Origin: an uncultured Candidatus Woesearchaeota archaeon
GTDB lineage: Archaea; Nanobdellota; Nanobdellia; Woesearchaeales; DSVV01
Reading direction: 5' to 3'
NCBI GenBank assembly: GCA_963717515.1
Contig: OY970338.1
Location: 1,172,861-1,236,860 of the forward strand
DNA: 64,000 bases
Each line of letters starts with the position of its first letter. Position 1 is the stretch's first letter. The notes under the pieces are model-generated. The model was not told where the DNA came from, ran no database searches, and saw nothing but the letters and a program-made list of their open reading frames with translations. Positions 1 to 9,746 of the stretch are shown here, piece by piece. The position numbers were made by a program, and so were the translations under genes.

Positions 1-1859
1 TTGCAGACAGATGCTCCCCTCCACGGACCAGGATGCCAGGGACCATATACACCCACGGCCTGGACCATTCTATCATAAGGAACAATGTGATATACAATTC
101 ATTCGGAGCATTCAGTTTCGGCGAGCAGTACAAGAGCCCGGAATACAACTGGATATACCACAATACAGTCTATAAATCCAATAAATTCGATGGTGAGAAC
201 TGGAACCATGGGATAATGTGGTATGATGAAAGCCACCCGGACCAGGCATTCCAGAACAACCATTTCATAAACAACATCATGTATGACACCGGGAATGATG
301 ACAATTATATCATAAAAGTTCGGAATGTCTATGGTCCCGGGCTGAACCCGAACAACAATGTGATAAGCAACAACCTGCTTGGTGATCCTGACCCTTTCAA
401 GATACAATGGGGAGACAGCACAGGGACATTGTCTCACATCGAGGATGTCGAATCTGATTGGGTGAAAGGGACCAATGTCGACGGCGACCCTATGTTTGTC
501 GATACTGACATAACTGACCCTGATCTTTCACTGAGACAAGAGTCTCCTGCAATCGACAAGGGGACGTGGCTTGCGACTGTCAAAGCCGTCTCTGGCAATG
601 TGATTACTGTCGATGATGCGACCCCGTTCTTCTCTGGGCCTGGCGCGCCATGGTTCATAATCCATCCAGACATCAAGGCAGACACGATATACAGCCAGGA
701 CCACGATTCCGCCCTCATACAATCGATAGATTATGGTGCAAACAAATTGACTGTCGACAGCGCTTCTGGTTTTTCAGCAGGTGATAAGCTGACTGTTGTC
801 GATTTTTCAGGCACTTTGCCAGATATAGGTGCATTTGAATATACAGGAAATGCTCCTCAACCGTATTGTGGTGATGAGACGTGCAACGGGGCAGAGACCT
901 GCACATCATGCCCTGGTGATTGTGGTGCCTGCCCACCTGCCTGTGGTGATGGGACATGCAATGGAGCAGAGACCTGTTCATCATGTCCAGAGGATTGCGA
1001 TGCATGCGCTTCTTGTGGTGATGGGAAATGTGATTCAGATGAGTCATGTTCGACATGTCCTTCTGACTGCAGTTCATGTCCTGAGGGTTATTACGAGACC
1101 CAGGAATCAGAGGACGACCTGATTGAGTCAGTATATCCTGATTACAATTACGGCGTCATGGATTCATTCTACATCGGCTCGAGGAATGATGGTTGGGGCT
1201 CAAGATTCTTGATAAAGTTCCCTGGACTCATATCATCAGGCGCAGTCCCGGAGGGTTCAAGCATCGATTCAGCCTCGCTCATACTTACTAATGTGGATCC
1301 ACAGAGAGTGAATTCACCGATCGACCTGAAGATAAGGCGGGTCATTGAATCATGGACAGAAGGCGACTCAAACCCTGCTACTGTTGCAGATCCTGGAGAG
1401 ACTACATGGGACTACAGAGCTTACAATACTGTCCAATGGGAAGATGAAGGATGCTCACCACCTGGTTCATCATCAACATCAGGAGAGGTTTCGAAGACCT
1501 ATTCAACAAACCCATCGGAAGGCACACAATCAGCATTTGATGTCACTTCTATTGTCCAGGAGTGGGCTGACAATGGAGAGAGCTCTAACAACGGCTTCAT
1601 CTTGCTTGCACCTGGGCAGGAGATGTCGACTATGAATTTCGTGAGGTTTGCTTCATCTGAATATCTAAATCCTGCATACAGGCCGAAACTTGTCGTGCAG
1701 TTCACAGCTGGCAGCCCATGCGGTCATGCAGACCTGCCTCCGCAGGACAATGCCATCGACATAGGTGAACTCATAAGCTTCATCAACAGATGGAAAAGCG
1801 GCGATGTCGGGATATCTGAACTCATGGATGCCATTGGAAAGTGGAAGAGCGGGTGTTAG
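1..1859 (+). CDS. Array member A, 5'-truncated by the window edge. Secreted modular protein: end of a right-handed beta-helix, 3 Cys-rich minimodules, a DNRLRE/CBM96-like domain and the C-terminal double-WKSG tail.
   Basis: The frame is open from nt 3 to the TAG at 1857-1859. The first ATG (33) is not followed by a signal peptide, so the N-terminus lies upstream of the window. Motifs: QESPAIDKG, DIGAFEY, CGDxxCNGAETCxSCPxDCxxC x3, YPDYNYG..RFLIKF..ESWTEG, and a tail C-x44-C ending GKWKSGC (nt 1719-1856). Confidence 0.8.
   Translation, partial: ADRCSPPRTRMPGTIYTHGLDHSIIRNNVIYNSFGAFSFGEQYKSPEYNWIYHNTVYKSNKFDGENWNHGIMWYDESHPDQAFQNNHFINNIMYDTGNDDNYIIKVRNVYGPGLNPNNNVISNNLLGDPDPFKIQWGDSTGTLSHIEDVESDWVKGTNVDGDPMFVDTDITDPDLSLRQESPAIDKGTWLATVKAVSGNVITVDDATPFFSGPGAPWFIIHPDIKADTIYSQDHDSALIQSIDYGANKLTVDSASGFSAGDKLTVVDFSGTLPDIGAFEYTGNAPQPYCGDETCNGAETCTSCPGDCGACPPACGDGTCNGAETCSSCPEDCDACASCGDGKCDSDESCSTCPSDCSSCPEGYYETQESEDDLIESVYPDYNYGVMDSFYIGSRNDGWGSRFLIKFPGLISSGAVPEGSSIDSASLILTNVDPQRVNSPIDLKIRRVIESWTEGDSNPATVADPGETTWDYRAYNTVQWEDEGCSPPGSSSTSGEVSKTYSTNPSEGTQSAFDVTSIVQEWADNGESSNNGFILLAPGQEMSTMNFVRFASSEYLNPAYRPKLVVQFTAGSPCGHADLPPQDNAIDIGELISFINRWKSGDVGISELMDAIGKWKSGC
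867..1082 (+). repeat. Three tandem in-frame Cys-rich coding repeats of ~23-25 aa each
   Basis: The translated units are CGDETCNGAETCTSCPGDCGACPPA, CGDGTCNGAETCSSCPEDCDACAS and CGDGKCDSDESCSTCPSDCSSCP. Confidence 0.85.
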
Positions 1860-1876
1860 ATATTTTTATTGGTAGA

Positions 1877-1892
1877 AAATTTTATATATATA
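1877..1892 (+). promoter_or_regulatory. Archaeal TATA-box-like element for array member B
   Basis: aaattttatatatata is centred ~26 nt upstream of the ATG at 1911. No Shine-Dalgarno sequence is present, which fits a leaderless or near-leaderless mRNA. Confidence 0.6.
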
Positions 1893-1910
1893 CCTTCTCA
1901 ATATAGAATT

Positions 1911-4406
1911 ATGAAAAGAGGTTTGATAATTTTTGTTTTGGGTTTGTTTTTAGTTAGTTTTGCTTCTGCGGAAAATCATTATGCAACACAGGACGGTGCG
2001 GGAAGCATGGATGGCTCGTCGTTGGGCAATGCGTGGAGCGTCGCCAATTTCAACAATATTGCAAACTGGAATTCTGTTTTGAATACCAACGATAAAAAAA
2101 TAGGTCCTGGAGATACTGTTTATTTTTCAGGGACTATTACTGGTCAGATTACTCCTCAGGGTCCAGGAAAATCTGGCAATCCAATTATACTTGATGGTTA
2201 TGAATTAGGGGATTGTAATCCTATTACTTCTGAATGCACAAGCTCTGCATATTTTAGTAATTCAGTGAAAATAAATAAAGACTACATAAAGATCCAGGAT
2301 ATTCGATTTAGCGATCTGAGCCGGGCAGTTATTATAGGTGAAGGAGGTCCATATGTAACAGGCGCGGAAGTTAGGAATTGCGCCTTTGGAAAAGGCACAT
2401 GGGCATCATTAATTGTTTATCGTGGAAATGACTGTATCATAGATGGTAATTACTTGAATAATCATGTAGGAAATTTTCCTGATGGAAGCAAACCAGGCCA
2501 AAATATACAAATTCTTGGCGGCAAAAGAAACATAATCACAAATAATGTAATCATTGGAGGAAAAACAGGCATCATATTAAAATATGCTAGAGATGGAAAT
2601 GGTGGTGGCTATGATTCTTTCTTTGAGGATAATATCATTATGTACAATGACGTCGGTTCTCATACCGAAGAAGGGATAAGTATCGACGCTAATTTTCATT
2701 CAGCTACGACGGCTACTATAGATTATGATTTAGTTTCATCAATTAATAGTGCAGAGATAACTCTTTCAGATTCTGAATTTGGTGGAGGAAATGACCCTAA
2801 TTTAATAGGATATTATATAGTTCCTGTAACTGGAAGTGCAATAGGTCAATATAAAAAAATTACAGGTCAATCCGGAGCCACATTTACAGTAGAAAGCGCA
2901 TTTACAGGGCTTTTAGCTGGTGATGGTGTTTCAATTATGGGTGTATTTAAGGATAATTTAATAGCATATAATACAGTAACTGGTGGTTACGATAAATCAC
3001 AGATTATACTCTATGGAAATGCATTTAATAATCGGATTGAACATAATCAACTTGAAGATGGCAGAGGAGGTATTTCTATTCGGTCCATTGACAGGGCTGA
3101 ACCTTCGGTCATAAGTGTGACAGGAAATGGAGAACGGGGACCATGCGGTTATAATCTTATTCAGGACAATACTGCTTATCAAATTTATATCCGATATCGA
3201 TGCCTCGACCAAGGTGGCTCCTATGGGCCTTACAATTCCTACGGTAATACTGTCATCGACAATACAATAACTGATGTATTGAACGTAAATTACCAGTACT
3301 ATTATTCATCAGGAAACACTGGCGGCTATTCCTTATCTGAAACAAACGGAAATGATTGCAGTGGAACCATATCTCCTTATGCTGTCGCATTGCAAAGTTC
3401 GCCGGTAGATTTATCTCTTGGTGTGTGCTCCGAAGGAAAGATAACAGATTGGTGTTCATGCGATGGAATGGATTATCCATCTGGTTATTGCTGTTCTGGA
3501 GTATGGCAGGCTTATCAATGTTCAACGGCAACTCCTTACTGCGGAGACACAACATGCAACAACGGAGAAACATGTGGAGCAACAAACAATGCCCCTGAAT
3601 GCAATTTAGACTGTGGAACTTGCCCTCTGCCGCAACAGCAAAACCCAATAATTCATTATACAATGGATTCAGGAGACATTTCAGGAGGAAAAGTTCTTGA
3701 CACTTCTGGCAATCATATTGATGCAACAGTTTATGGAATTCCTCAGCAGGTTACTGGAAAAATTTCAGGAGCTCTGCATTTCAATGGGGTTAATGATTAT
3801 CTTGATACAGGCTATACAAATCAGATTGTTAACTGGACAGTTTCAGTTTGGGTTAAGGGAGATTCAAACCCGGCTTCAAGCAAAGATGCCGGGCCTGTAA
3901 TGAAAGAAGAAAATTTTAATTTAGCATGGGACCATACGGCCAGCAGGTTTATAGGGTCAGTGGGTCTGAGGGTTGGGAACACATGGTATCCTGCATCTTT
4001 CGGAACACTTGTGAACTCAACATGGTACAATTTGGTTGGGACATATGACGGAGAGACTTTAAGAGCGTACAGAGATGGACAACTTATAACTTCAAATACT
4101 GACCCATCAGGAATCCCTTATACGGCAGCCGCATCAATGAAAATAGCGAGGCATGCAGTAAATAATTATTTCTTTGCTGGAGATGTGGATGATGTTAAAA
4201 TATGGAATAGGGTATTGTCAGCTTCGGAAATCCAGAACCTTTATCTGCAGGGAGATGGTTCATCCTGCAACTCTCTCGCAGACTCTAACAGCGACGGAGT
4301 TATCTCGATATCTGAATTAATCAATTATATCTCCCAATGGAAAACAGGAAGCGTTACAATCGAAAATCTGATTGACGCAATCGAGAAATGGAAATCAGGA
4401 TGCTAG
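1911..4406 (+). CDS. Array member B. Secreted right-handed beta-helix protein with a Cys-rich segment, a LamG/concanavalin-like domain and the double-WKSG tail.
   Basis: The ATG at 1911 gives the signal peptide MKRGLIIFVLGLFLVSFASA; the ORF-track start at 1869 is a TTG located inside the TATA region. The core is beta-helix-like and rich in N/G/I repeats. YCGDTTCNNGETC..CNLDCGTCP is present, as is a LamG_3-like region (ALHFNGVNDYLD...WTVSVWVK...WYNLVGTYDG..LRAYRDG...DDVKIWNRVLSASEIQNLY). Tail is at nt 4266-4403. Confidence 0.85.
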   Translation: MKRGLIIFVLGLFLVSFASAENHYATQDGAGSMDGSSLGNAWSVANFNNIANWNSVLNTNDKKIGPGDTVYFSGTITGQITPQGPGKSGNPIILDGYELGDCNPITSECTSSAYFSNSVKINKDYIKIQDIRFSDLSRAVIIGEGGPYVTGAEVRNCAFGKGTWASLIVYRGNDCIIDGNYLNNHVGNFPDGSKPGQNIQILGGKRNIITNNVIIGGKTGIILKYARDGNGGGYDSFFEDNIIMYNDVGSHTEEGISIDANFHSATTATIDYDLVSSINSAEITLSDSEFGGGNDPNLIGYYIVPVTGSAIGQYKKITGQSGATFTVESAFTGLLAGDGVSIMGVFKDNLIAYNTVTGGYDKSQIILYGNAFNNRIEHNQLEDGRGGISIRSIDRAEPSVISVTGNGERGPCGYNLIQDNTAYQIYIRYRCLDQGGSYGPYNSYGNTVIDNTITDVLNVNYQYYYSSGNTGGYSLSETNGNDCSGTISPYAVALQSSPVDLSLGVCSEGKITDWCSCDGMDYPSGYCCSGVWQAYQCSTATPYCGDTTCNNGETCGATNNAPECNLDCGTCPLPQQQNPIIHYTMDSGDISGGKVLDTSGNHIDATVYGIPQQVTGKISGALHFNGVNDYLDTGYTNQIVNWTVSVWVKGDSNPASSKDAGPVMKEENFNLAWDHTASRFIGSVGLRVGNTWYPASFGTLVNSTWYNLVGTYDGETLRAYRDGQLITSNTDPSGIPYTAAASMKIARHAVNNYFFAGDVDDVKIWNRVLSASEIQNLYLQGDGSSCNSLADSNSDGVISISELINYISQWKTGSVTIENLIDAIEKWKSGC

Positions 4407-4593
4407 ATAAATTTATATATGCAATTCCTATGTAATCCTAAGTAAAATGAAAAGGGGATTGATGGTGATGGTCTGTTTGGTTTTTTTTGTTAGCTTTGTC
4501 AGTGCCACTAATTATTATGTTTCACCTGCGGGTTCTGCATCGTGGGCTTCATGCACAAATATCAATACTCCTTGTTCATTATCAACTGCAAAT
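4272..4593 (+). repeat. Junction repeat R1, copy a: 322 bp, 100% identical to 17857-18178
   Basis: Base-by-base comparison at an offset of 13585 nt. The repeat covers the last 135 nt of gene B, the intergenic promoter and the first 147 nt of gene C (signal peptide plus conserved N-terminus). Confidence 0.95.
4406..4420 (+). promoter_or_regulatory. Conserved array promoter motif GATAAATTTATATAT (TATA box) for member C
   Basis: The motif starts at the last base of the preceding stop codon. The ATG at 4447 lies ~32 nt downstream of the TATA centre. Confidence 0.65.
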
Positions 4594-7017
4594 TCAAATG
4601 CTGTTGCAGATGATGTTGTTTATCTGCGAGGAGGGACTTACAGTACAAGCCTTAATCCGACTAATTCCGGTTCGGCGGGTCATGTCATCACTTTTAAATC
4701 TTATACCGGAGAACAGGCATATCTTGAAAATACAAACATTGCGATTGATTTAACATCAGGTCAATCCTATATAGTACTCGACACTTTATATTCAGGGAAT
4801 AATAACAAAGAAAGGCTTCTTGTTGCTACAAATGGGCTTTACAATGAAGTAAAAAATTGCCATTTTACGGAAAGAACAACTGTTACCACCTATAGTTTTT
4901 CAAATCTAGAATATTGTCAGTATTGGAATATACACGATAATATTTTTGATTATGCAGGGCCTTATCCAGGTGACGGATGGAGCGATTATACAGGAACAAT
5001 GTTAATGCTCTTTCGCAGTCACTATAATTACATCCATGACAATACTTTCATAAATGGGGCTGATCATGACTATTTTGATTTAGCTCAATCCAATTTCAAT
5101 ATCGTAAAAAATAATGTCTTTTATAATGATGGATCACATATTAGTTGGTATGACCAAAACCACGATGCCACTATAAATGGGCCAAATGAGATGTTTTGTG
5201 TGGAAGAAACCTCTTCTTACAATCTGCTTGAAGGGAATAAATTCCATGAAGAGGGGAATCAGATTGGCGATACTGGTGGCTGTGGATATCATTTAGAAAG
5301 TGCCAGTGCTAATATTTTAAGAAGGGGTGTCTTTTATGATGTAGATGGTTTTGCCATTGATATCTATGCCCCTGGTAAAAATGCATGGAATAACAGATTT
5401 TATTTCAATACTATATATAACCTTCAACACTATCCGAGATATGGAGATGGTTGGCATGGACCAATCGTTTTGCTCAAGTTCTCAACTGTTTATTCAATAC
5501 AATACAATATCTTTAAAAACAACATCCTTTCCGAATGCGGCAATGGTCTTTCTGAAGGTGATAGCGACAACTACAATACTATTCTTAATAATCTGTTTCA
5601 AGGAAATTGGCTCTATGACACAACCGGATCAGAAGTCCAAAGATATATAGATGGAACGGGGATGCAAACTAAAACATTGGCAGAGGCACATGATTTGTGG
5701 CCTGATGAATTTTCTGACAATACTGCCGGAACAGACCCAAAGTTCACTGATCCAACTGGAACACCCCGTGATTTTACTTTACAAGGAACTTCTCCATGCA
5801 TTAATACTGGATTATGGCTTACTTTTATTTCTTCTGCCAATGGCAACAGTCAAACTTTCACAGTAGATGATCCTTATTATTTTTCTGTCGGGATACCACA
5901 ACTTTCAATCTCGGGGGATACAATAGAAACCCAAAGTGGGCAAAAAGCAGTAATAACGAATATAGATTATGCAAACAAAAGGATAACGGTTGATCATTCA
6001 GTCTCATGGGCACATGGAGAAGGCCTGGCCCTCGATTATTCCGGCTCGGCTCCCGATTTAGGTGCTATAGAGTATACTGCAACAGGAACATGCACAGAAA
6101 ACTGGCAATGCACTTCCTGGAGCGCGTGGTCTTTATGTGTTAATAATCTGCAGACAAGAACAAGGACATGCACTGACATGAACAGCTGCGGAACAACAAC
6201 AAGCAAGCCAAGCGAATCTGAAACTCAGGCATGCTCATCTTCAACAAACACCTACACAATCCTGAAATCTTCATCACCTCCAACTATCGACGGAATTTTA
6301 AACGAATTCGCAAATGCAAATTCATTAACAATAACCAATTCAAATGGAAATTCTGCAACTTACAAAATGCTTTGGGACAGCAATAATTTGTATATTGCAG
6401 CCCAGGGAAGTGACAGTCAGCTTGCAGCAATAGCCTCAGAAAGAGACGGCGCATTATGGGATGATGATGCAATTGAGTTGTTCTTCGATACACTGAACAA
6501 CGGAGGAATATTTTTGAATTCAGATGATTACAAGTTTTTTGTGAATCTGCTTAATACTACAAGAGATAGTTATTTTGGTGGTGGAGGAAGTTCATGGAAC
6601 ACTATATTTAATTCGGCGGTCACAACTTCAGGAACTCTGAATGTTGCAGGCAATGTTGATGCTGGCTATACAATTGAGATTGCAATTCCCTGGAGTAATT
6701 GGGGTGTTTCGGTTCCAGTAGATAGTTCTGTTTGGGGTTTTGATGTATCAATGGACGACAGAAATGATGCAGGAGATGTAATCCAGAAAGCATGGTCCCA
6801 GACAAATGTGGGCAATATTCCTGATGAGTTCGGAGATGTAACTTTCTCGTCGCAGTTTGTTTCTTCTGGAAGCGTCTGCAAATCTCTCGCAGATTCTAAC
6901 AGCGACGGAGTTATCTCGATATCTGAATTGATTAATTATATCTCCCAATGGAAATCAGGAAGTGTTTCAATAACTCAGCTGATTGATGCTATTGGAAAGT
7001 GGAAGAGCGGGTGCTAG
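4447..7017 (+). CDS. Array member C. Secreted beta-helix protein with a TSP1-like module, a CBM9-like domain and the double-WKSG tail.
   Basis: Signal peptide MKRGLMVMVCLVFFVSFVSA, conserved N-terminus ATNYYVSPAGSASW..CSLSTANSNAVA, and DFTLQGTSPCINTG (beta-helix cap). The TSP1-like segment CTENWQCTSWSAWSLC..RTRTC..SCG..QAC is at nt 6091-6234. The CBM9-like part reads PPTIDG..MLWDSNNLYIAA..WDDDAIELFFDT..GYTIEIAIPW..VWGFDVSMDDRND. Tail is at 6877-7014. Confidence 0.9.
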   Translation: MKRGLMVMVCLVFFVSFVSATNYYVSPAGSASWASCTNINTPCSLSTANSNAVADDVVYLRGGTYSTSLNPTNSGSAGHVITFKSYTGEQAYLENTNIAIDLTSGQSYIVLDTLYSGNNNKERLLVATNGLYNEVKNCHFTERTTVTTYSFSNLEYCQYWNIHDNIFDYAGPYPGDGWSDYTGTMLMLFRSHYNYIHDNTFINGADHDYFDLAQSNFNIVKNNVFYNDGSHISWYDQNHDATINGPNEMFCVEETSSYNLLEGNKFHEEGNQIGDTGGCGYHLESASANILRRGVFYDVDGFAIDIYAPGKNAWNNRFYFNTIYNLQHYPRYGDGWHGPIVLLKFSTVYSIQYNIFKNNILSECGNGLSEGDSDNYNTILNNLFQGNWLYDTTGSEVQRYIDGTGMQTKTLAEAHDLWPDEFSDNTAGTDPKFTDPTGTPRDFTLQGTSPCINTGLWLTFISSANGNSQTFTVDDPYYFSVGIPQLSISGDTIETQSGQKAVITNIDYANKRITVDHSVSWAHGEGLALDYSGSAPDLGAIEYTATGTCTENWQCTSWSAWSLCVNNLQTRTRTCTDMNSCGTTTSKPSESETQACSSSTNTYTILKSSSPPTIDGILNEFANANSLTITNSNGNSATYKMLWDSNNLYIAAQGSDSQLAAIASERDGALWDDDAIELFFDTLNNGGIFLNSDDYKFFVNLLNTTRDSYFGGGGSSWNTIFNSAVTTSGTLNVAGNVDAGYTIEIAIPWSNWGVSVPVDSSVWGFDVSMDDRNDAGDVIQKAWSQTNVGNIPDEFGDVTFSSQFVSSGSVCKSLADSNSDGVISISELINYISQWKSGSVSITQLIDAIGKWKSGC

Positions 7018-7216
7018 GAAGATAAATTTATATACTATAATCTCAATGTAATCCTATGAAAAGAGGATTGATGGTGATGGTCTGCTTGGTTTTTCTGGTT
7101 AGTTTTGTTAGTGCGACGAATCATTATGTCTCTCCTTCTGGTTCTGCTTCGTGGTCCTTATGTACAAATATAAACACTCCTTGTTCATTATCAACTGCAA
7201 ATTCAAATGCTGTTGC
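6301..7216 (+). repeat. Junction repeat R2, copy a: 916 bp, 100% identical to 14789-15704
   Basis: Every 60-nt line was compared at an offset of 8488 nt. The repeat covers most of the CBM9-like domain and tail of gene C, the intergenic promoter and the first 161 nt of gene D. Confidence 0.95.
7021..7035 (+). promoter_or_regulatory. Conserved array promoter motif GATAAATTTATATAC for member D
   Basis: The motif lies 4 nt after the stop of gene C. The ATG at 7056 is ~28 nt downstream of the TATA centre. Confidence 0.65.
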
Positions 7217-9707
7217 GGGTGACACTGTTATCCTTAGAGATGGAGCTTATACAATAACAATTGCCCCTTCACATAATGGAACATCAGGAAGTCCAATAAC
7301 ATACAAAGCAGAGAACCAATATGATGCTGTGTCCAATACAAATTCTTATGGAGCTAAACTTACAGGTAATAACTATATTACTATTGATGGCATATATTTC
7401 TCTCATGCAGGAAGCTATTGGCTCCATTTTACAAACTCTGACTATAATACCGTCCAAAACTGTAAGTTCTATAATTCAGATTCATATGGGGGTACGATGA
7501 TAGGAACTGGAAGCAGTTACAATAGATTTCTAAACAATGTTTTCATGGATGCACCACTTAATTCAAACTATGTATACTGGGACCGGGAGTGCCAGGATGC
7601 TTGGGATGCCCAAGCGGCAATGCCCAGCGACTGCGACAGGGAGACTGCTCCGGGAAATCTTTTGTCGATATACTCTGGGTACGGAAACCTCATAGAAGGA
7701 AACACTTTCGGAAGATGCTCTCATGATGCCATTGAGCTTTTCACGCACTATTCTGTGGGGGGAGGGGATAGCAGTGATGGAGGAAAGACTGTTGTTCGAG
7801 ACAATGTTGTTGAACAAACCCTCCATTCTTCTATTACTGCATCTTTAGGGCATTGGGGTTTATTCGAGAATAATATAATAAAAAATGGCGGAACTGAAAA
7901 TGAGCAGGAGCCGGAAGTAAGAGACAGAGGCAAATCATCAAATCCTGCATTTTATATAATGACCTCCGACAACCCCCCCGCCTCAATAATCAGAAAAAAT
8001 ATAATTTATAATACTGGTATTATGTATTATTTTGGCGGAAAAATAACAGGAGACCCCTCTTCTGAACAGAAATTTTATTACAACACAGGATATAATAATA
8101 ACTGGGGAATAACCTTTTCAGATAATGGCCATTCAGATAAATGTTATTATAACAATATAATAAAAAATAATATCTTTTTTTACGACGGAAGTTTTACTGA
8201 TTTTGGATATCCCGGTTCATCAGAGTGGTGTTCTCTCCATAATAGGTTGGATGTAATAAATACAGGAGATGCTTGCATAAACACAAATTATTTTGACCAT
8301 AATATCTTTCCTTCTAATGCAGACCAATTCTTTTTTAAGGACGAATGCTCGACCGCAAAGACGCTTACCCAGGTTGAATCCCAATATCCAACAGAGTGGT
8401 TTGGCAATCTTGAAGGGAATCCACTATTCACCAACGCAGCAAACCACGACTTTACCCTCCAATCAAACTCTCCTGCAATAGACGCAGGAGACTGGCTCAG
8501 TACAATAACTTCCTCGACAAGCTCTGGAAAAACCTCATTCACAGTAGCTGATGCAAAGTACTTCTACGACGGTTGGGGAATTCCTGGAGAGACAGGAGAT
8601 GTAATAAAAACAGAGCATGGCCAGACAACGACAATCCAGTCAATAGACTACAACACAAATACTCTGACTGTTTCACCAGCAATCAGCATCGTCAATGGAG
8701 AAGGTTTGGCATTGGATTATTCAGGAACAAAACCAGATATTGGAGCAATCGAGTACACAGGAACAACTACAACCTATGAGTGTAGTGACAATATTGATAA
8801 CGATAATGATGGCCAGACTGATTATCCAAATGACTCTGGTTGTTCCTCTTCAACAGATAATGATGAAAGTGATTGTGGCGATGGAGTTTGTGAAAGTGCT
8901 GCAGGAGAAACTTCAGGTTCATGTCTGCAGGATTGCCCTGCTGAAACAGCAGACTACACAATCCTGAAAACTTCATCACCTCCAACTATCGACGGAAACC
9001 TGAATGAATTCACAAACGCAAACCCAATAACAATAATAAACTCAAATGGAAATTCACTAATTTACAAAATGCTTTGGGACAGCAATAATTTATATATTGC
9101 AGCTCAGGGAAGTGACAGCCAGCTTGCTGCATTAAATACGACAAGGGACGGAGCATTGTGGAATGATGATGCGATTGAATTGTTCTTTGACACATTGAAC
9201 AACGGAGGAGCAACTCTTCAGAGTGATGATTACAAGTTCTTTGTTAATTTACTAAATACTCAAAAAGATAGCAATGCATTTTCTTCATCGTGGAATACTG
9301 TTTTTAGTTCTTATGTAACAACAACAGGAACCCTTAATGTTGCAGGCAATGTTGATGCTGGCTACACAATCGAGGTTGCGATTCCATGGACAGACTGGGC
9401 AACTCCTTCTGACAACGATGTCTGGGGTTTTGATGTATCAATGGATGACAGGAATGATGCAGGAAATGTAATCCAGAAAGCATGGTCGCAGACAAATGTG
9501 GGCAATATTCCTGATGAATTTGGAGATGTTACCTTCTCATCCCAGTTTGTTTTACCAGGAAGCATCTGCAACTCTCTCGCAGATGCAAATAGCGACGGAG
9601 TTATCTCGATATCTGAATTGATTAATTACATTTCCCAGTGGAAAGCAGGAAGCGTTACAATCGGAAATTTAATTGACGCTATTGGAAAGTGGAAGAGCGG
9701 TTGTTGA
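7056..9707 (+). CDS. Array member D. Secreted beta-helix protein with a D/N-rich Cys module, a CBM9-like domain and the double-WKSG tail.
   Basis: Signal peptide MKRGLMVMVCLVFLVSFVSA, DFTLQSNSPAIDAG, ECSDNIDNDNDGQTDYPNDSGC..CGDGVCE..CLQDCP, a CBM9-like region, and the tail at 9567-9704. Confidence 0.9.
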   Translation: MKRGLMVMVCLVFLVSFVSATNHYVSPSGSASWSLCTNINTPCSLSTANSNAVAGDTVILRDGAYTITIAPSHNGTSGSPITYKAENQYDAVSNTNSYGAKLTGNNYITIDGIYFSHAGSYWLHFTNSDYNTVQNCKFYNSDSYGGTMIGTGSSYNRFLNNVFMDAPLNSNYVYWDRECQDAWDAQAAMPSDCDRETAPGNLLSIYSGYGNLIEGNTFGRCSHDAIELFTHYSVGGGDSSDGGKTVVRDNVVEQTLHSSITASLGHWGLFENNIIKNGGTENEQEPEVRDRGKSSNPAFYIMTSDNPPASIIRKNIIYNTGIMYYFGGKITGDPSSEQKFYYNTGYNNNWGITFSDNGHSDKCYYNNIIKNNIFFYDGSFTDFGYPGSSEWCSLHNRLDVINTGDACINTNYFDHNIFPSNADQFFFKDECSTAKTLTQVESQYPTEWFGNLEGNPLFTNAANHDFTLQSNSPAIDAGDWLSTITSSTSSGKTSFTVADAKYFYDGWGIPGETGDVIKTEHGQTTTIQSIDYNTNTLTVSPAISIVNGEGLALDYSGTKPDIGAIEYTGTTTTYECSDNIDNDNDGQTDYPNDSGCSSSTDNDESDCGDGVCESAAGETSGSCLQDCPAETADYTILKTSSPPTIDGNLNEFTNANPITIINSNGNSLIYKMLWDSNNLYIAAQGSDSQLAALNTTRDGALWNDDAIELFFDTLNNGGATLQSDDYKFFVNLLNTQKDSNAFSSSWNTVFSSYVTTTGTLNVAGNVDAGYTIEVAIPWTDWATPSDNDVWGFDVSMDDRNDAGNVIQKAWSQTNVGNIPDEFGDVTFSSQFVLPGSICNSLADANSDGVISISELINYISQWKAGSVTIGNLIDAIGKWKSGC

Positions 9708-9710
9708 GAA

Positions 9711-9730
9711 GATAAATTTATATATATATA
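9711..9730 (+). promoter_or_regulatory. Conserved array promoter motif GATAAATTTATATATATATA for member E
   Basis: The motif follows the stop of gene D. The ATG at 9747 is ~27 nt downstream of the TATA centre. Confidence 0.65.
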
Positions 9731-9746
9731 TTTTCTATGTAGTTAC

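Noticed and set aside
1869-1910. N-terminal extensions proposed by the ORF track. These use alternative TTG/GTG starts or upstream in-frame ATGs: 1869, 20620, 24343, 33657, 35102, 37624, 39912, 43775 (minus strand), 50547, 51298, 51769 and 53911.
   Set aside because: The extensions run through the preceding gene, stop codon or TATA box and encode non-conserved peptides. An internal ATG in each case yields the canonical family N-terminus or signal peptide at the correct distance from a TATA box or SD.
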